Under the pieces are notes generated by a model, which was not told the origin of the DNA, did no database searches, and saw only the letters and a list, made by a program, of their open reading frames with translations. Positions 29,034 to 37,632 of a DNA stretch of 64,000 bases are shown here, in pieces. The position numbers and the translations under genes were made by a program. How positions within the stretch are numbered: the first letter of the stretch is position 1; each line of letters begins with the position of its first letter. This stretch comes from an uncultured Parcubacteria group bacterium. GTDB lineage: Bacteria > Patescibacteriota > Patescibacteriia > UBA9934 > CAMTUG01. The stretch spans positions 1,375 through 65,374 of the forward strand of contig CAMTUG010000001.1 of the NCBI GenBank assembly GCA_947084965.1, written 5' to 3'.

Positions 29034-30147
29034 ACAGGGCGAGAGTTTCCTTGGCCATCGTGTTCCAAGAATACTTTTTTGTTTGTTCGATCCTCTTTCC
29101 TCTCTCCTCTTTCCTTGTTCCATCGCCGATACTCTTCTCCATGACCTCAACCATCTCTTCGATGTTGTCTGGGTCGAAGTAGATCGCTGCGTCGCCCAGG
29201 ACTTCCGGGAGCGAGGAGGATCGGGCGGCTGCGACCGGGGTGCCGAACTGCATCGCTTCAAGCGGCGGGAGCCCGAACCCTTCAATCCGCGAAGGGTAGA
29301 GATAGAGGGCGGCGTGTTCGTAGAGGGCGGCGAGCGCTGCGTCGGGCACAAACCCCGGGAAGACGACCCGCCCTTCGGGAATCCCAATTTCGATCACTTC
29401 CTGGTGCAATTTTTTGTAGAATGAGTCGTCGCGGCCGACGAGCACGAGGGTTACTTCCGGGTGTTCTTGGACGAAAAAGCTAAAGGCGTGCAGGAGCGAT
29501 TCAAGATTTTTGTGCGGGTAGGCCGACCCGACGTACAAAAAGTACGGCTGCTGGGCAATGGCCGGAATGACAGACGTCGGCGAAGGCGAACGTCTGCTAT
29601 TTAGCAAGGAAACGCCTTCGTATACGGTGTGAATTTTGTCAGGCGAGACGTCGAAGTGATTGAGGATGGATCCTTTGGTGTACTGAGAGACGGCGATGAT
29701 CGCTTTGCTTTGATGAACGGCGTGTTTGAGGACACGAATAAAGCCAAGGCGTTTTAACCCGTAGAGGATCGGGCCGAGCGTGGTCGCTTTGGCGCTCCCC
29801 GGGTCTTCGAGCAAAATCAGATCATGGATCGTGACCACAAACGGCACGTCGCTTCCGAGCGGGACGTTCCAGTGCGGGTAGTGCACCAGGTCCACCTTCG
29901 CCTTTTTGATCGCTCGAGGCATGGCCAACTGTTCTTTGAACGTATACCAATGAGCGTTGACCTTCACTTTTCGAAAGTTCTTGTTGGTGATGGTGCAGGC
30001 GTCAAAGTTCTCCGGTTTCAAAAACAAAACATAGCGGTTTTTGGTGTCGATCTGCTGAAGTTCTGTTACCAGTTCTTCCACATAGCGCCCAAGTCCACCG
30101 CCTCCCCACTTTGGCCCGTATAATCGTGCGTCTATCCCAATAGTCAT
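29014..30147 (-). CDS. Glycosyltransferase family 4
   Basis: [11 protein letters not shown]...[17 protein letters not shown] (the EX7E region). I set the start at the internal ATG. Confidence 0.8.
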   Translation of the reverse strand: MTIGIDARLYGPKWGGGGLGRYVEELVTELQQIDTKNRYVLFLKPENFDACTITNKNFRKVKVNAHWYTFKEQLAMPRAIKKAKVDLVHYPHWNVPLGSDVPFVVTIHDLILLEDPGSAKATTLGPILYGLKRLGFIRVLKHAVHQSKAIIAVSQYTKGSILNHFDVSPDKIHTVYEGVSLLNSRRSPSPTSVIPAIAQQPYFLYVGSAYPHKNLESLLHAFSFFVQEHPEVTLVLVGRDDSFYKKLHQEVIEIGIPEGRVVFPGFVPDAALAALYEHAALYLYPSRIEGFGLPPLEAMQFGTPVAAARSSSLPEVLGDAAIYFDPDNIEEMVEVMEKSIGDGTRKEERGKRIEQTKKYSWNTMAKETLALYEQFGG

Positions 30148-30272
30148 GCCCAGATGATAGCACAAAATCGCCCCGACTTCAGGCGATTTTGATCCACAGT
30201 TCACATAGGCGGGGCCACTGCGCCCCGCCGTGCTGATTCATCTCGACGTTAGGTCTTCAAAAATGTTACTTC

Positions 30273-30304
30273 GCAACTTTTTGACTACTTTTAGTGCTCA
30301 AAAA
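30273..30304 (-). repeat. 32-nt element, copy 2, reverse orientation
   Basis: GCAACTTTTTGACTACTTTTAGTGCTCAAAAA is the exact reverse complement of 23230-23261. The flanks share TTCGAA. Confidence 0.7.
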
Positions 30305-30315
30305 TTTCGAAGGTA

Positions 30316-31422
30316 CTACTTTTTAAGTACCCGCAATGTCGCGCGGGCGGTTCCTTCCCACGAAAAGAGGGCGGCTCTGCCCAAACCTTTTTTTATGAGA
30401 TCCGATCGTAAACGATCAGAGCTGAGCAGGAGCTTCATTGCCACGACGACGTCGTTCACATTAAATGGATCGACGAGAATCGCTGCTCCGGCGGTCAGTT
30501 CGGGGAGGGAAGAGGTGTTTGCGGTGATCACTGGGCATCCGGCCTGCATCGCTTCGAGCACGGGGAGGCCAAAGCCTTCGTAGAAACTTGGAAAGAGGAA
30601 GGCCTGAGCGTCTCGATAAAGCCTGAGCTTCTGTTCTTCAGAAATATAGTCGATCAACTGGATGTCTTTGGTGTATTTCGATCGGTTGATCGCCCGGACG
30701 ATCGGTGTAGACTTCCATCCGAGACTACCAGCGATCACAAGCGCGATCGGATCGTGAGATTGATCCCGGTACGCTTCATACGCCTCGATGATCGAGAGGT
30801 GGTTTTTGCGAGGTTCGAGCGTGCCGAGGGTGAGGAGATAGCGCGGAGGGAGGCGATAGGCGGGAACTTCTGCTCCCACTGAGCCCCCTGCGGCCAACGG
30901 CGCCACGTGAATCTTGTCCGCGTCGATCCCGTAGAACAATTCAAGATCACGCTTCGTGCTCGTACTTGGTGCAAGAATGACAGATGCGTTTTGAAAGATC
31001 CGTTTTGGCTGCACGGCTTTGTGCCATAGTCGCATTTTGGCTGAGAAGAACTCTGGAAAGATCTCATACGACAAGTCATGGGCAGTAATGACGTAGGGGA
31101 GTTTGGTTGAGATGAAGTTCAGGTTTGGAAAGAACCATCTGTCGAGCAGGTGCCCTGGGACGAGCGACTCGAGTGTCGGCCCTCCGGTTATAAGGATTGT
31201 GCCATTCATGACTTTATTGGGCACGGTGAGGAGTACTTTTTTTACGTTCGGAAAGTCAAACTTCGGCAAACGACGTAGCGACCACGGTGTTCCTGTGGCA
31301 AAGAGGATGTATTCATTTTCTTGGTCAAGACGAAAAAGGGCCGCGAGCAATTGCTTCGTGTACCCCCCGACTCCCGCCGGCCGCGGATCGGTTAAATGTC
31401 GAATATCGATCCCGATCTTCAT
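30316..31422 (-). CDS. Glycosyltransferase family 4
   Basis: MKIGIDIRHL...EGFGLPVLEAMQAGCPVI. Confidence 0.8.
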   Translation of the reverse strand: MKIGIDIRHLTDPRPAGVGGYTKQLLAALFRLDQENEYILFATGTPWSLRRLPKFDFPNVKKVLLTVPNKVMNGTILITGGPTLESLVPGHLLDRWFFPNLNFISTKLPYVITAHDLSYEIFPEFFSAKMRLWHKAVQPKRIFQNASVILAPSTSTKRDLELFYGIDADKIHVAPLAAGGSVGAEVPAYRLPPRYLLTLGTLEPRKNHLSIIEAYEAYRDQSHDPIALVIAGSLGWKSTPIVRAINRSKYTKDIQLIDYISEEQKLRLYRDAQAFLFPSFYEGFGLPVLEAMQAGCPVITANTSSLPELTAGAAILVDPFNVNDVVVAMKLLLSSDRLRSDLIKKGLGRAALFSWEGTARATLRVLKK

Positions 31423-31471
31423 AAATCGGCTTTATCTTAGCATTATTTTAACTACTTCCGTCCACTTTAGG

Positions 31472-31500
31472 TTGACAAAGTCGATTTTTTGTGCTATGTT
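31472..31500 (+). promoter_or_regulatory. Sigma-70-type promoter TTGACA-N17-TATGTT
   Basis: TTGACAAAGTCGATTTTTTGTGCTATGTT. Its first 19 nt are nearly identical to the promoter at 37046. Confidence 0.5.
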
Positions 31501-31592
31501 GAGCGTCTTCCGACTCGTGCATTCCGTGCGAGAAGGATGTTCCTGACGTCTCGGCAGTCAACTGTCACATAGGCGTCATTCCAGGAGAAGCC

Positions 31593-32339
31593 ATGAGTAG
31601 CAAGGAACAGGTCGTCACCCCGACCGAAGTCAACGCCCTTCGCCGTCAGTTCGACGAAGCGCTCAGTCACGTCGTCCTCGACCGCGTCAAGTACGAGGCG
31701 CTCAAGGTCTACCTCCAGGACGAGGTGATCAACCCGTCCAAGGGGGAGAAGGCCCGTGACCTGGCCGAAGAGCGCCGCGTGGACATGCTCGGCTACTACA
31801 AGATGCTCGGCTTCACCACCGAGATCCCGAAGCCAGACATCTCCAACCGTGAGTTCAATCGCCGTCGCAAGGCCGGCCAGGAGCTCTTCTTCCACCACGC
31901 CGACAAGGACGTGAGCTACGAGGAGTGGATGATCGCTCACGGCCAAAAGGACCACCGGACGCTTACCCCCGACAACCGCAAGAAGATCGTCTGGGAGGAG
32001 ACGGTCGAGGGCTACTGGTTCTGGGCGGAAGTCCAGCAGGCCTGTCCTCGTACCGGGACGAGCCGCGTCGCGCTCACCAGCCAGATCATCCTCCTCTCTC
32101 TCGAGGAGTACGTGATCGTTTGGTACGTGACGAAGTCCGCCACCGGCCTGATGCTCGACCACTGGACCCATTGCTGGCTGCGGACGGTGTACAAGGCCGA
32201 AGCGGGCCTCGGTGTCATGGACGCGCGCGAGCTCATCGGTGCTGTGAGCGTCGGCATGTCGTCCTTCCCTTCGGACCTCTCACTCGAGGATCGCTCCCTC
32301 GGTGGGCGCTCCTCGGAAGTGGTCAAGCATGCCGCCTGA
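31593..32339 (+). CDS. Hypothetical protein encoded on a high-G+C island, antisense to the surrounding glycosyltransferase genes
   Basis: Third codon positions are strongly G/C. AGGAGAAG lies 3 nt before the ATG. Spurious ORFs open in other frames across the same span. A 9-bp perfect hairpin at 32364-32397 follows the stop. Confidence 0.55.
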   Translation: MSSKEQVVTPTEVNALRRQFDEALSHVVLDRVKYEALKVYLQDEVINPSKGEKARDLAEERRVDMLGYYKMLGFTTEIPKPDISNREFNRRRKAGQELFFHHADKDVSYEEWMIAHGQKDHRTLTPDNRKKIVWEETVEGYWFWAEVQQACPRTGTSRVALTSQIILLSLEEYVIVWYVTKSATGLMLDHWTHCWLRTVYKAEAGLGVMDARELIGAVSVGMSSFPSDLSLEDRSLGGRSSEVVKHAA

Positions 32340-32409
32340 TTCGTCCCCTTAGCCCGCACTCTTGAACGACCTCCACCACTACGGGTGAAGGTCGTTCATG
32401 CGTTTAGGG

Positions 32410-33522
32410 CTAGTTGAGCTCGCACCGCACGCACTGTTTTTCCCAGGCCTTGTCGACGATCTGTTTGATCGTTTCGCGGAACGCTTGGGTTCCGAAGCGT
32501 TTGGCCGATGCTTGGATCAGCTTTGGATCAAATTTTGTGTGATCGAAACGCAGCAAGCCGTCGGCCAGATCTTCCCACGTCTGTTCGTTGAAGAACGTGC
32601 CGTTGACCCCCTCGATAACAATCTCAGTTGCGCCCCCGCGATTGAAGGCGATGACCGGACGGCCGGCGGCGAGCGCTTCGACCATGGTGATCCCAAAGTC
32701 TTCTTCTTGCGGGTTAATAAAGGCGATACAGTTTTGGTAAAGTTCGGCCTGTTTTTCATCGCTGACGCGCCCCATAAATTCGATCGTCGGTCCGGCGATC
32801 GCTTTCAGTTCGGCTTCAACCGGCCCACTCCCAAAAATTTTCAGCGGCAACTTCAAACGATTGCACGCCTCGATGATGATGTCGTAGCGTTTGTAAGAAA
32901 CGAGTCGGCCGCCAGCCAAGTAATATTCTTTCGGGGCGTGTGAATAACGGAAGCGTGAAACATCGACCGGCGGATAGACTACGATCGACTCGCGATGATA
33001 GTATTTTTTGATGCGACGGCGTACCGCTTCGGAGTTGGCCAAAAAGAGTTCGACACGATCCGCCGCTTGCTTATCCCACATCCGCAGGCGTGACAGAAGG
33101 GGAGGGAGCATCGCTTTGATAAATCCTGGCATACGCAGTTCGCGGACATACGACACAGCGTCGCTCCACAAGTAGCGGGTGGGGGTGTGGCAGTAGCAGA
33201 TGTGCAAGGCGTCAGGTTTGGTGATGACCCCTTTGCTGAACGCACTTGATGAAGAGAGGACGACGTCGAATTGCGAAAGATCGTGCGTTTCTGTGGCGAT
33301 CGGCATGAGCGGTAAGAGCCACTGGTATTTTTTGAGCGCAAACGGAAGGCGCTGCAAGAACGACGTCAAAATGTTCCGACGAGCAAACGCCGGATCAACA
33401 CGGTCAGGATCATGGAGGAGCACGTAGGTTGGCGCATCAGGGAAGACCTCCATCATTTCCTTGAGCACTTTTTCGGCCCCGCCGTCCTGCACCAGATAGT
33501 CATGGACGAGAGCGATTTTCAT
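32410..33522 (-). CDS. Glycosyltransferase family 4
   Basis: MKIALVHDYLVQDGGAEKV...RGGATEIV. I chose the internal ATG. Confidence 0.8.
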   Translation of the reverse strand: MKIALVHDYLVQDGGAEKVLKEMMEVFPDAPTYVLLHDPDRVDPAFARRNILTSFLQRLPFALKKYQWLLPLMPIATETHDLSQFDVVLSSSSAFSKGVITKPDALHICYCHTPTRYLWSDAVSYVRELRMPGFIKAMLPPLLSRLRMWDKQAADRVELFLANSEAVRRRIKKYYHRESIVVYPPVDVSRFRYSHAPKEYYLAGGRLVSYKRYDIIIEACNRLKLPLKIFGSGPVEAELKAIAGPTIEFMGRVSDEKQAELYQNCIAFINPQEEDFGITMVEALAAGRPVIAFNRGGATEIVIEGVNGTFFNEQTWEDLADGLLRFDHTKFDPKLIQASAKRFGTQAFRETIKQIVDKAWEKQCVRCELN

Positions 33523-33527
33523 GTTGT

Positions 33528-34949
33528 TCAGTAAGCGCCTTTGCGGAAAAGCACTACGAGCGGGGTTTTCAGCAAGACGTATAAGTCGAGAAACGGGCTC
33601 CAATGTTCAATGTAGTACAGATCTAACCGCACTTCTTCATCAAAATCAAGGTCTGCCCGCCCGCTCGTTTGTGGCACCCCGGTAATCCCCGGCTTGATCG
33701 TCAGAACTTTGCGTTGGGCCGGTTTGTACGCCTCGACCTCTTCGGGAAGGTGCGGGCGTGGGCCGACTAAGGACATACGACCCAAAAGGACGAGATAAAA
33801 TTCTGGGAGCTCATCGAGTGAGTATTTGCGGAGGATTTTGCCGACGGGGGTTACACGCGGGTCTTCTTTGAGTTTGAAGAGAGGGGTCCCTTCGCGCAAG
33901 TTACCGTGTTGTTTGATGAACACTGGATCGTAGCGGTACTTATGGGCGTCCTTGATCATTGAGCGGAATTTGAAGTAGTGAAATGGGCGGCCTTCTTCGC
34001 CAATGCGCTCAACTTTTTTCCCGTTTGGTAAGCGCGAGAAGAGGACACGCCCCGGCTGTTCAATAAAGAGAGCGATGACGATCAAAAGTTGGATCGGCAA
34101 GGTGATGATGATGAGAATCAAAGAGACGATCACGTCAAAGATCCGTTTATAAATTGCCCCCCAGCCGTCGAGCGGAGTTTTACGGACTTCGATCACCGGG
34201 ATCCCGGCATACATATGTGTTTCGGTTCTGCTGGTGGCGGTCGCGAAAAGATCGGCGGAATATTTGAAGGTCAGGTGATGAACGTCAGCAAAGAACTGAA
34301 TCGTTTCCGCGACTTTACGGCCGGCATCGGCATCGACCAAAATGATTTCATCAAGTTCACCTTGCTTTTTTAGTGTAAGGAGTTTGGCTTGTGCGGTGTC
34401 ATTCCAGCGATCAAACTGAGCGACAACAACGAATCCGAGGGAAGGGCGCTGGCGGAACCCTTGATGGATGGCGTCCGCTGTTTTGTTTTTTCCGATCAAG
34501 GCGACGTGATGCACACCGATCCCGGCCCTCAGGAGCGAGCGTTGCAAGGCGCGGATCAGCAAGCGCTCTGTTCCAACGAAGAGGAAGGCGAACGCAAATC
34601 CGGCAAGGACAATGAAGCGCGATTCAAATAACTCCCGGGAAAAGAACAGCCCACCGAGGACGACGGCTACGCCGCACAGACAGGCAAAAAAGACTTTGCC
34701 GAGTTCGTTCCAGAGGCGGGTGCGGGTGGTGTTGTACAGTCCGACAAAGGCAAAGATAACGATCCAAACGAGGGCGACACCAAAAACGATCGGTAAGAAT
34801 CGAGCCATCGTTAAATCAAAGATGACCGGACGAATGCTCGTAAAAAATGGATGGAAACGTGAATAGAATGCGGCGACGCCAGCCGCAACGAGCGCTAAAA
34901 AGTCAACGGGGACGAGGACGCTCGTGAAAAATAACTCAGCTTTTTTCAT
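33528..34949 (-). CDS. Polyprenyl-phosphate sugar phosphotransferase (WbaP/EpsE-like bacterial sugar transferase)
   Basis: An N-terminal TM bundle plus the C-terminal PGITGVPQTSGR...YYIEHWS motif. I chose the internal start because the rnpB promoter overlaps the longer ORF. Confidence 0.8.
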   Translation of the reverse strand: MKKAELFFTSVLVPVDFLALVAAGVAAFYSRFHPFFTSIRPVIFDLTMARFLPIVFGVALVWIVIFAFVGLYNTTRTRLWNELGKVFFACLCGVAVVLGGLFFSRELFESRFIVLAGFAFAFLFVGTERLLIRALQRSLLRAGIGVHHVALIGKNKTADAIHQGFRQRPSLGFVVVAQFDRWNDTAQAKLLTLKKQGELDEIILVDADAGRKVAETIQFFADVHHLTFKYSADLFATATSRTETHMYAGIPVIEVRKTPLDGWGAIYKRIFDVIVSLILIIITLPIQLLIVIALFIEQPGRVLFSRLPNGKKVERIGEEGRPFHYFKFRSMIKDAHKYRYDPVFIKQHGNLREGTPLFKLKEDPRVTPVGKILRKYSLDELPEFYLVLLGRMSLVGPRPHLPEEVEAYKPAQRKVLTIKPGITGVPQTSGRADLDFDEEVRLDLYYIEHWSPFLDLYVLLKTPLVVLFRKGAY

Positions 34950-34985
34950 ACAATCGTGAGCATAGTGTAGCGGTAAAAGCGATGA

Positions 34986-35014
34986 TTGACAATCTGCCAA
35001 TTTCGTGTTAATCT
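34986..35014 (+). promoter_or_regulatory. rnpB promoter TTGACA-N17-TAATCT
   Basis: TTGACAATCTGCCAATTTCGTGTTAATCT lies about 8 nt before the predicted RNA 5' end. Confidence 0.6.
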
Positions 35015-35021
35015 CGGCAGA

Positions 35022-35383
35022 CTCAGGATGCTAGATGGCTCCTTTTGGCGCAAGCCAAGAGAGGAAAGTCCGAACACCTGCTCTATCGCAAGGTAGGGTA
35101 AAAAAGGAACGTCGCTAACGGCGACCAGGGGTGACCCTAGGGAAAGTGCCACAGAGACAATACTAGTTCGCCGCAAGGCGGATGAAAGGTGAAAAGTGGG
35201 ACGGTGTTAGTCATGTTCTCATGAACGCCGCTACGTCCCTCGCTGCCTGGTGACAGGCATGTGTGGTAAACCCGTTCCGGTGCAAGAGCAAATTAGGTAG
35301 CTCGCTAGAGGCGGCTAGCAATAGTCGTCCAAGATAGATTGCCATCCTCGACAGAATTCGGCTTATCGGCTCTCTGGGTCGGA
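35022..35383 (+). ncRNA. rnpB: RNase P RNA (bacterial type A)
   Basis: AGAGGAAAGTCCGAACACC near the 5' end (GGAAAGUCCG in P4), an AGGGTAAA...GGTGAAAAGTGGGACGG region, and ACAGAATTCGGCTTATCGG at the 3' end (P4 3' strand). The ends are approximate. The terminator hairpin lies at 35385-35410. Confidence 0.8.
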
Positions 35384-35384
35384 A

Positions 35385-35410
35385 AGATCGCCTTCGGGCG
35401 ATTTTTTCGT
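35385..35410 (+). terminator. Rho-independent terminator of rnpB
   Basis: AAAGATCGCCTTCGGGCGATTTTTTCG: a GATCGCC/GGCGATC stem around a TTCG loop, then a T-run. Confidence 0.7.
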
Positions 35411-35482
35411 TGGGAAAAAGTATGCAGAAATGGCGAACCCCACGCCGAGCGGCAGCGGGGGGTTCGGGAGAGAGGGGCCGGA

Positions 35483-35932
35483 TCAGGCCGCGGCGACCGC
35501 CTCCTGAGGTGTGGTGGGCAGCAGGTCGCCGTTCGGGGACATGTAGCGGCCGGCGATCGTGGCCCGACCTTCGTCGGCGAGGAAGGCCTCGGGCGGGATC
35601 TTGCCGTCGAGGAAGTCCTGCCAGGCCTTGGGCATCTCGAGGCGCCAGGAGTAGTCGTTGCGCTTGATCGGCGCCGTGAACTCCCAGTGGAGTCCGGCCG
35701 AGAGCAGGCGGGCGGTCTCGATGACCCAGGCCATGCTGTCCGCGTCCTCGTGGAGGAAGCAGAACGGCTCGTCGTCGATTCGACGGGCGATCTCGAGGAC
35801 CGTGTCCTCGATCGGCTCGGGGACGGTTTCCGAAGCGCACTGCAGCGCGAGGAGGCGGGAGAGCTCCAGCCCGAAGTCCGGGCGGTGGAGGAGGAGGGCG
35901 GAGAGGGTGGGGAGGTTGCGGAGGGTGTGCAC
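35483..35932 (-). CDS. Hypothetical protein on a second high-G+C island
   Basis: GTG start preceded by AGGAAAGGA. Nearly every codon ends in G or C. The antisense and alternate-frame ORFs across 35211-36009 in the track are by-products of the same high G+C. Confidence 0.5.
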   Translation of the reverse strand: MHTLRNLPTLSALLLHRPDFGLELSRLLALQCASETVPEPIEDTVLEIARRIDDEPFCFLHEDADSMAWVIETARLLSAGLHWEFTAPIKRNDYSWRLEMPKAWQDFLDGKIPPEAFLADEGRATIAGRYMSPNGDLLPTTPQEAVAAA

Positions 35933-36012
35933 GATCGGATGTCCTTTCCTTGCTGAGGTTGCTTGGCAGTTGCCGCCGCGAAAATACCAAAAATAAAGCG
36001 GAGTGTCAACCC

Positions 36013-36999
36013 CTAGAGCGACACCCCGATTTTTTCTTTTACTTGTGCGAGTTTTTTGCTCGCGATCTCTCTCGCTCGATCCGCCCCGTTTGCGAGGAGC
36101 TTCACGAGCTCATCTTCATTTTTCAGCCAGCCGTTGATTTCTGCCTGGAGCGGTGTGAGGGAGAGGACGAGTGCTTCGGCCAGGTCGGACTTGAAATCCC
36201 CATACCCTTGGCCGACGTAGTTGTTCTCAATCTCTGCAAAACTCCGTTTGGTCACGAGCGACATAATCTCCATAAGGTTCGCGACTCCCGGGCGCTTTTC
36301 GTCGTAGACGATTCCACCTTCGGTGTCGGTCACAGCGCCCTTGATCTTCTTACGAATGACGTCCGGTTCATCCATCAGTGAAATATAGGACTTGGCGCTC
36401 TCAGCCGACTTGGACATCTTCGATGTTGGATCATCGAGAGCCATGATGCGCGCTCCGTGTTCACGAATGACCGGTTTCGGAATAACGAACGTTTCGCCAA
36501 AGCGCTTATTGAAGCGTTCAGCAACATCGCGTGTTAACTCGACGTGTTGTTTTTGGTCTTCGCCAACCGGCACGACATTCGTGTCGTAGAGCAAAATGTC
36601 CGAAGCCATCAACACGGGGTAGGTGAACAGACCGACGGTGACTCCGTCCTTCTGTTTTTTTGATTTGTCCTTGAACTGCGTCATGCGCTCGAGTTCACCC
36701 ATGTGCGCTACGCAGTTTAAAATCCAGGCGAGCTCGGTGTGTTCACTGACCATCGATTGTTGGAAGATCGTCGTTTTATTCGGATCCATCCCGGCGGCCA
36801 AGTAGCAGGCGGTAGCAAAGAGAATCGCTTGCCGAAGCTTCTCTGGATCTTGTGGCACGGTGATCGCGTGATAATCAACGACAAACAAAAAGGTTTCGTG
36901 TTCCTTTTGTGCCCCAACCATCGGCTGTAACGCTCCAAAGAGGTTGCCGATGTGCAGGATGTTTGTCGGTTGGAGCGCTGTCAGTGCGCGTGATTGCAT
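36013..36999 (-). CDS. trpS: Tryptophanyl-tRNA synthetase
   Basis: HIGNLFGAL (HIGH motif) and KMSKS. Confidence 0.9.
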   Translation of the reverse strand: MQSRALTALQPTNILHIGNLFGALQPMVGAQKEHETFLFVVDYHAITVPQDPEKLRQAILFATACYLAAGMDPNKTTIFQQSMVSEHTELAWILNCVAHMGELERMTQFKDKSKKQKDGVTVGLFTYPVLMASDILLYDTNVVPVGEDQKQHVELTRDVAERFNKRFGETFVIPKPVIREHGARIMALDDPTSKMSKSAESAKSYISLMDEPDVIRKKIKGAVTDTEGGIVYDEKRPGVANLMEIMSLVTKRSFAEIENNYVGQGYGDFKSDLAEALVLSLTPLQAEINGWLKNEDELVKLLANGADRAREIASKKLAQVKEKIGVSL

Positions 37000-37045
37000 A
37001 CGGCAGTATCCTATCAGATCACCGTGTATTTTTCCACAAATTTGA

Positions 37046-37074
37046 TTGACAAAAGTCGATTTTTATGATGAAAT
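37046..37074 (+). promoter_or_regulatory. Sigma-70-type promoter TTGACA-N17-TGAAAT with an upstream TG
   Basis: TTGACAAAAGTCGATTTTTATGATGAAAT shares TTGACAAA(A)GTCGATTTTT with 31472-31490. Confidence 0.45.
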
Positions 37075-37161
37075 ATGGAAAATTAATAGTCAGGGTGCAA
37101 AGGAAGACCCTCGAGTGTCATCTCACGATGATGCCGGGGGTTTTCTGTATAAAGATTATAT

Positions 37162-37401
37162 ATGTGGGATAACTTTTCTGCTCAGTTTCGTGCTATTGGG
37201 TTACGCCAGGAAGGGAAGTCGTATGCGGAGATTCAAAAACTAACGGGAGCTTCACTCTCAAATCTTAGCTATTGGTTTCGAAAGATTAAGATTCCAGATG
37301 AGGCGCTTCGAATCATCAAAGAGAGGAAATTGCAGGCGATCGGTGTGGCTCGGGCGGTCTCTGCCAGGAATAGACGTCATAGGCACTACCCCGAAAAGTA
37401 A
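37162..37401 (+). CDS. Small helix-turn-helix protein of 79 aa that resembles the N-terminal DNA-binding module of IS630/Tc1-type transposases; it may be a remnant
   Basis: LRQEGKSYAEIQKLTGASLSNLSYWFRK is an HTH_23/Tnp-like motif. The protein ends in a basic tail with no catalytic domain after it. Its G+C is lower than its surroundings. Confidence 0.4.
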   Translation: MWDNFSAQFRAIGLRQEGKSYAEIQKLTGASLSNLSYWFRKIKIPDEALRIIKERKLQAIGVARAVSARNRRHRHYPEK

Positions 37402-37409
37402 GTTTCCTT

Positions 37410-37480
37410 AAAGTGGAAGTACACAGAGTTTATTTTGTGCTGAAGTTAGAAAAAAATAAGGTCTGTGTACTTCCACTTTG
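37410..37480. repeat. Perfect 17-bp inverted repeat (AAAGTGGAAGTACACAG / CTGTGTACTTCCACTTT) around a 37-nt A/T-rich loop
   Basis: It lies directly after the HTH ORF stop. There is no downstream U-run, so it is not a textbook terminator. Confidence 0.6.
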
Positions 37481-37591
37481 CGGAAGTTGTCATTTCGAGG
37501 ACCTACGCTGGAGCGCAGGCCCATACAACAGACGACCGAAGTACAGCACAGCCGCAATGCTTAAACCTCTTAAGCGGACCCTGGCCCCAAA

Positions 37592-37628
37592 ATCAAAAAT
37601 CCAGCCCGCAGGAGCGAGCCGGATTTTT
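37592..37628 (-). terminator. Terminator of the RNase J gene on the minus strand
   Basis: On the minus strand, ATCCGGCTCGC-TCCT-GCGGGCTGGAT forms an 11-bp stem with 2 G:U pairs, followed by TTTTTG. Confidence 0.55.
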
Positions 37629-37632
37629 GGAT

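Noticed and set aside
29034-29387. The low-complexity Ser/Pro/Arg-rich N-terminal 118 aa of the 920-aa ORF.
   Set aside because: It overlaps the 3' end of the GT4 gene in another frame. The DUF4012 protein plausibly starts at the internal ATG (MSNSEDKK), which also gives the usual short overlap.
30230-30583. The plus-strand 117-aa ORF across the spacer between the two glycosyltransferase genes.
   Set aside because: It runs antisense to a well-supported GT4 gene and through the repeat/hairpin spacer, and has no ribosome-binding site.
31494-32365. The antisense 225-aa ORF and the alternate-frame 146-aa and 115-aa ORFs that overlap the 31593-32339 gene.
   Set aside because: This is the same high-G+C artefact. 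The plus-strand frame starting at 31593 has the codon bias and a ribosome-binding site.
35211-36009. Several long overlapping ORFs in multiple frames on both strands: 259 aa and 234 aa on the minus strand, 205 aa on the plus strand, and others.
   Set aside because: They all fall in a high-G+C stretch where stop codons are rare. Only the minus-strand frame at 35483-35932 shows the consistent third-position G/C bias and an upstream AGGA site. The rest are compositional artefacts.
37046-37243. The 65-aa ORF beginning MTKVDFYDE.
   Set aside because: Its TTG start is the TTGACA -35 hexamer of a promoter, and the same 19 nt recur as a promoter at 31472. The downstream HTH ORF at 37162 is the better reading.
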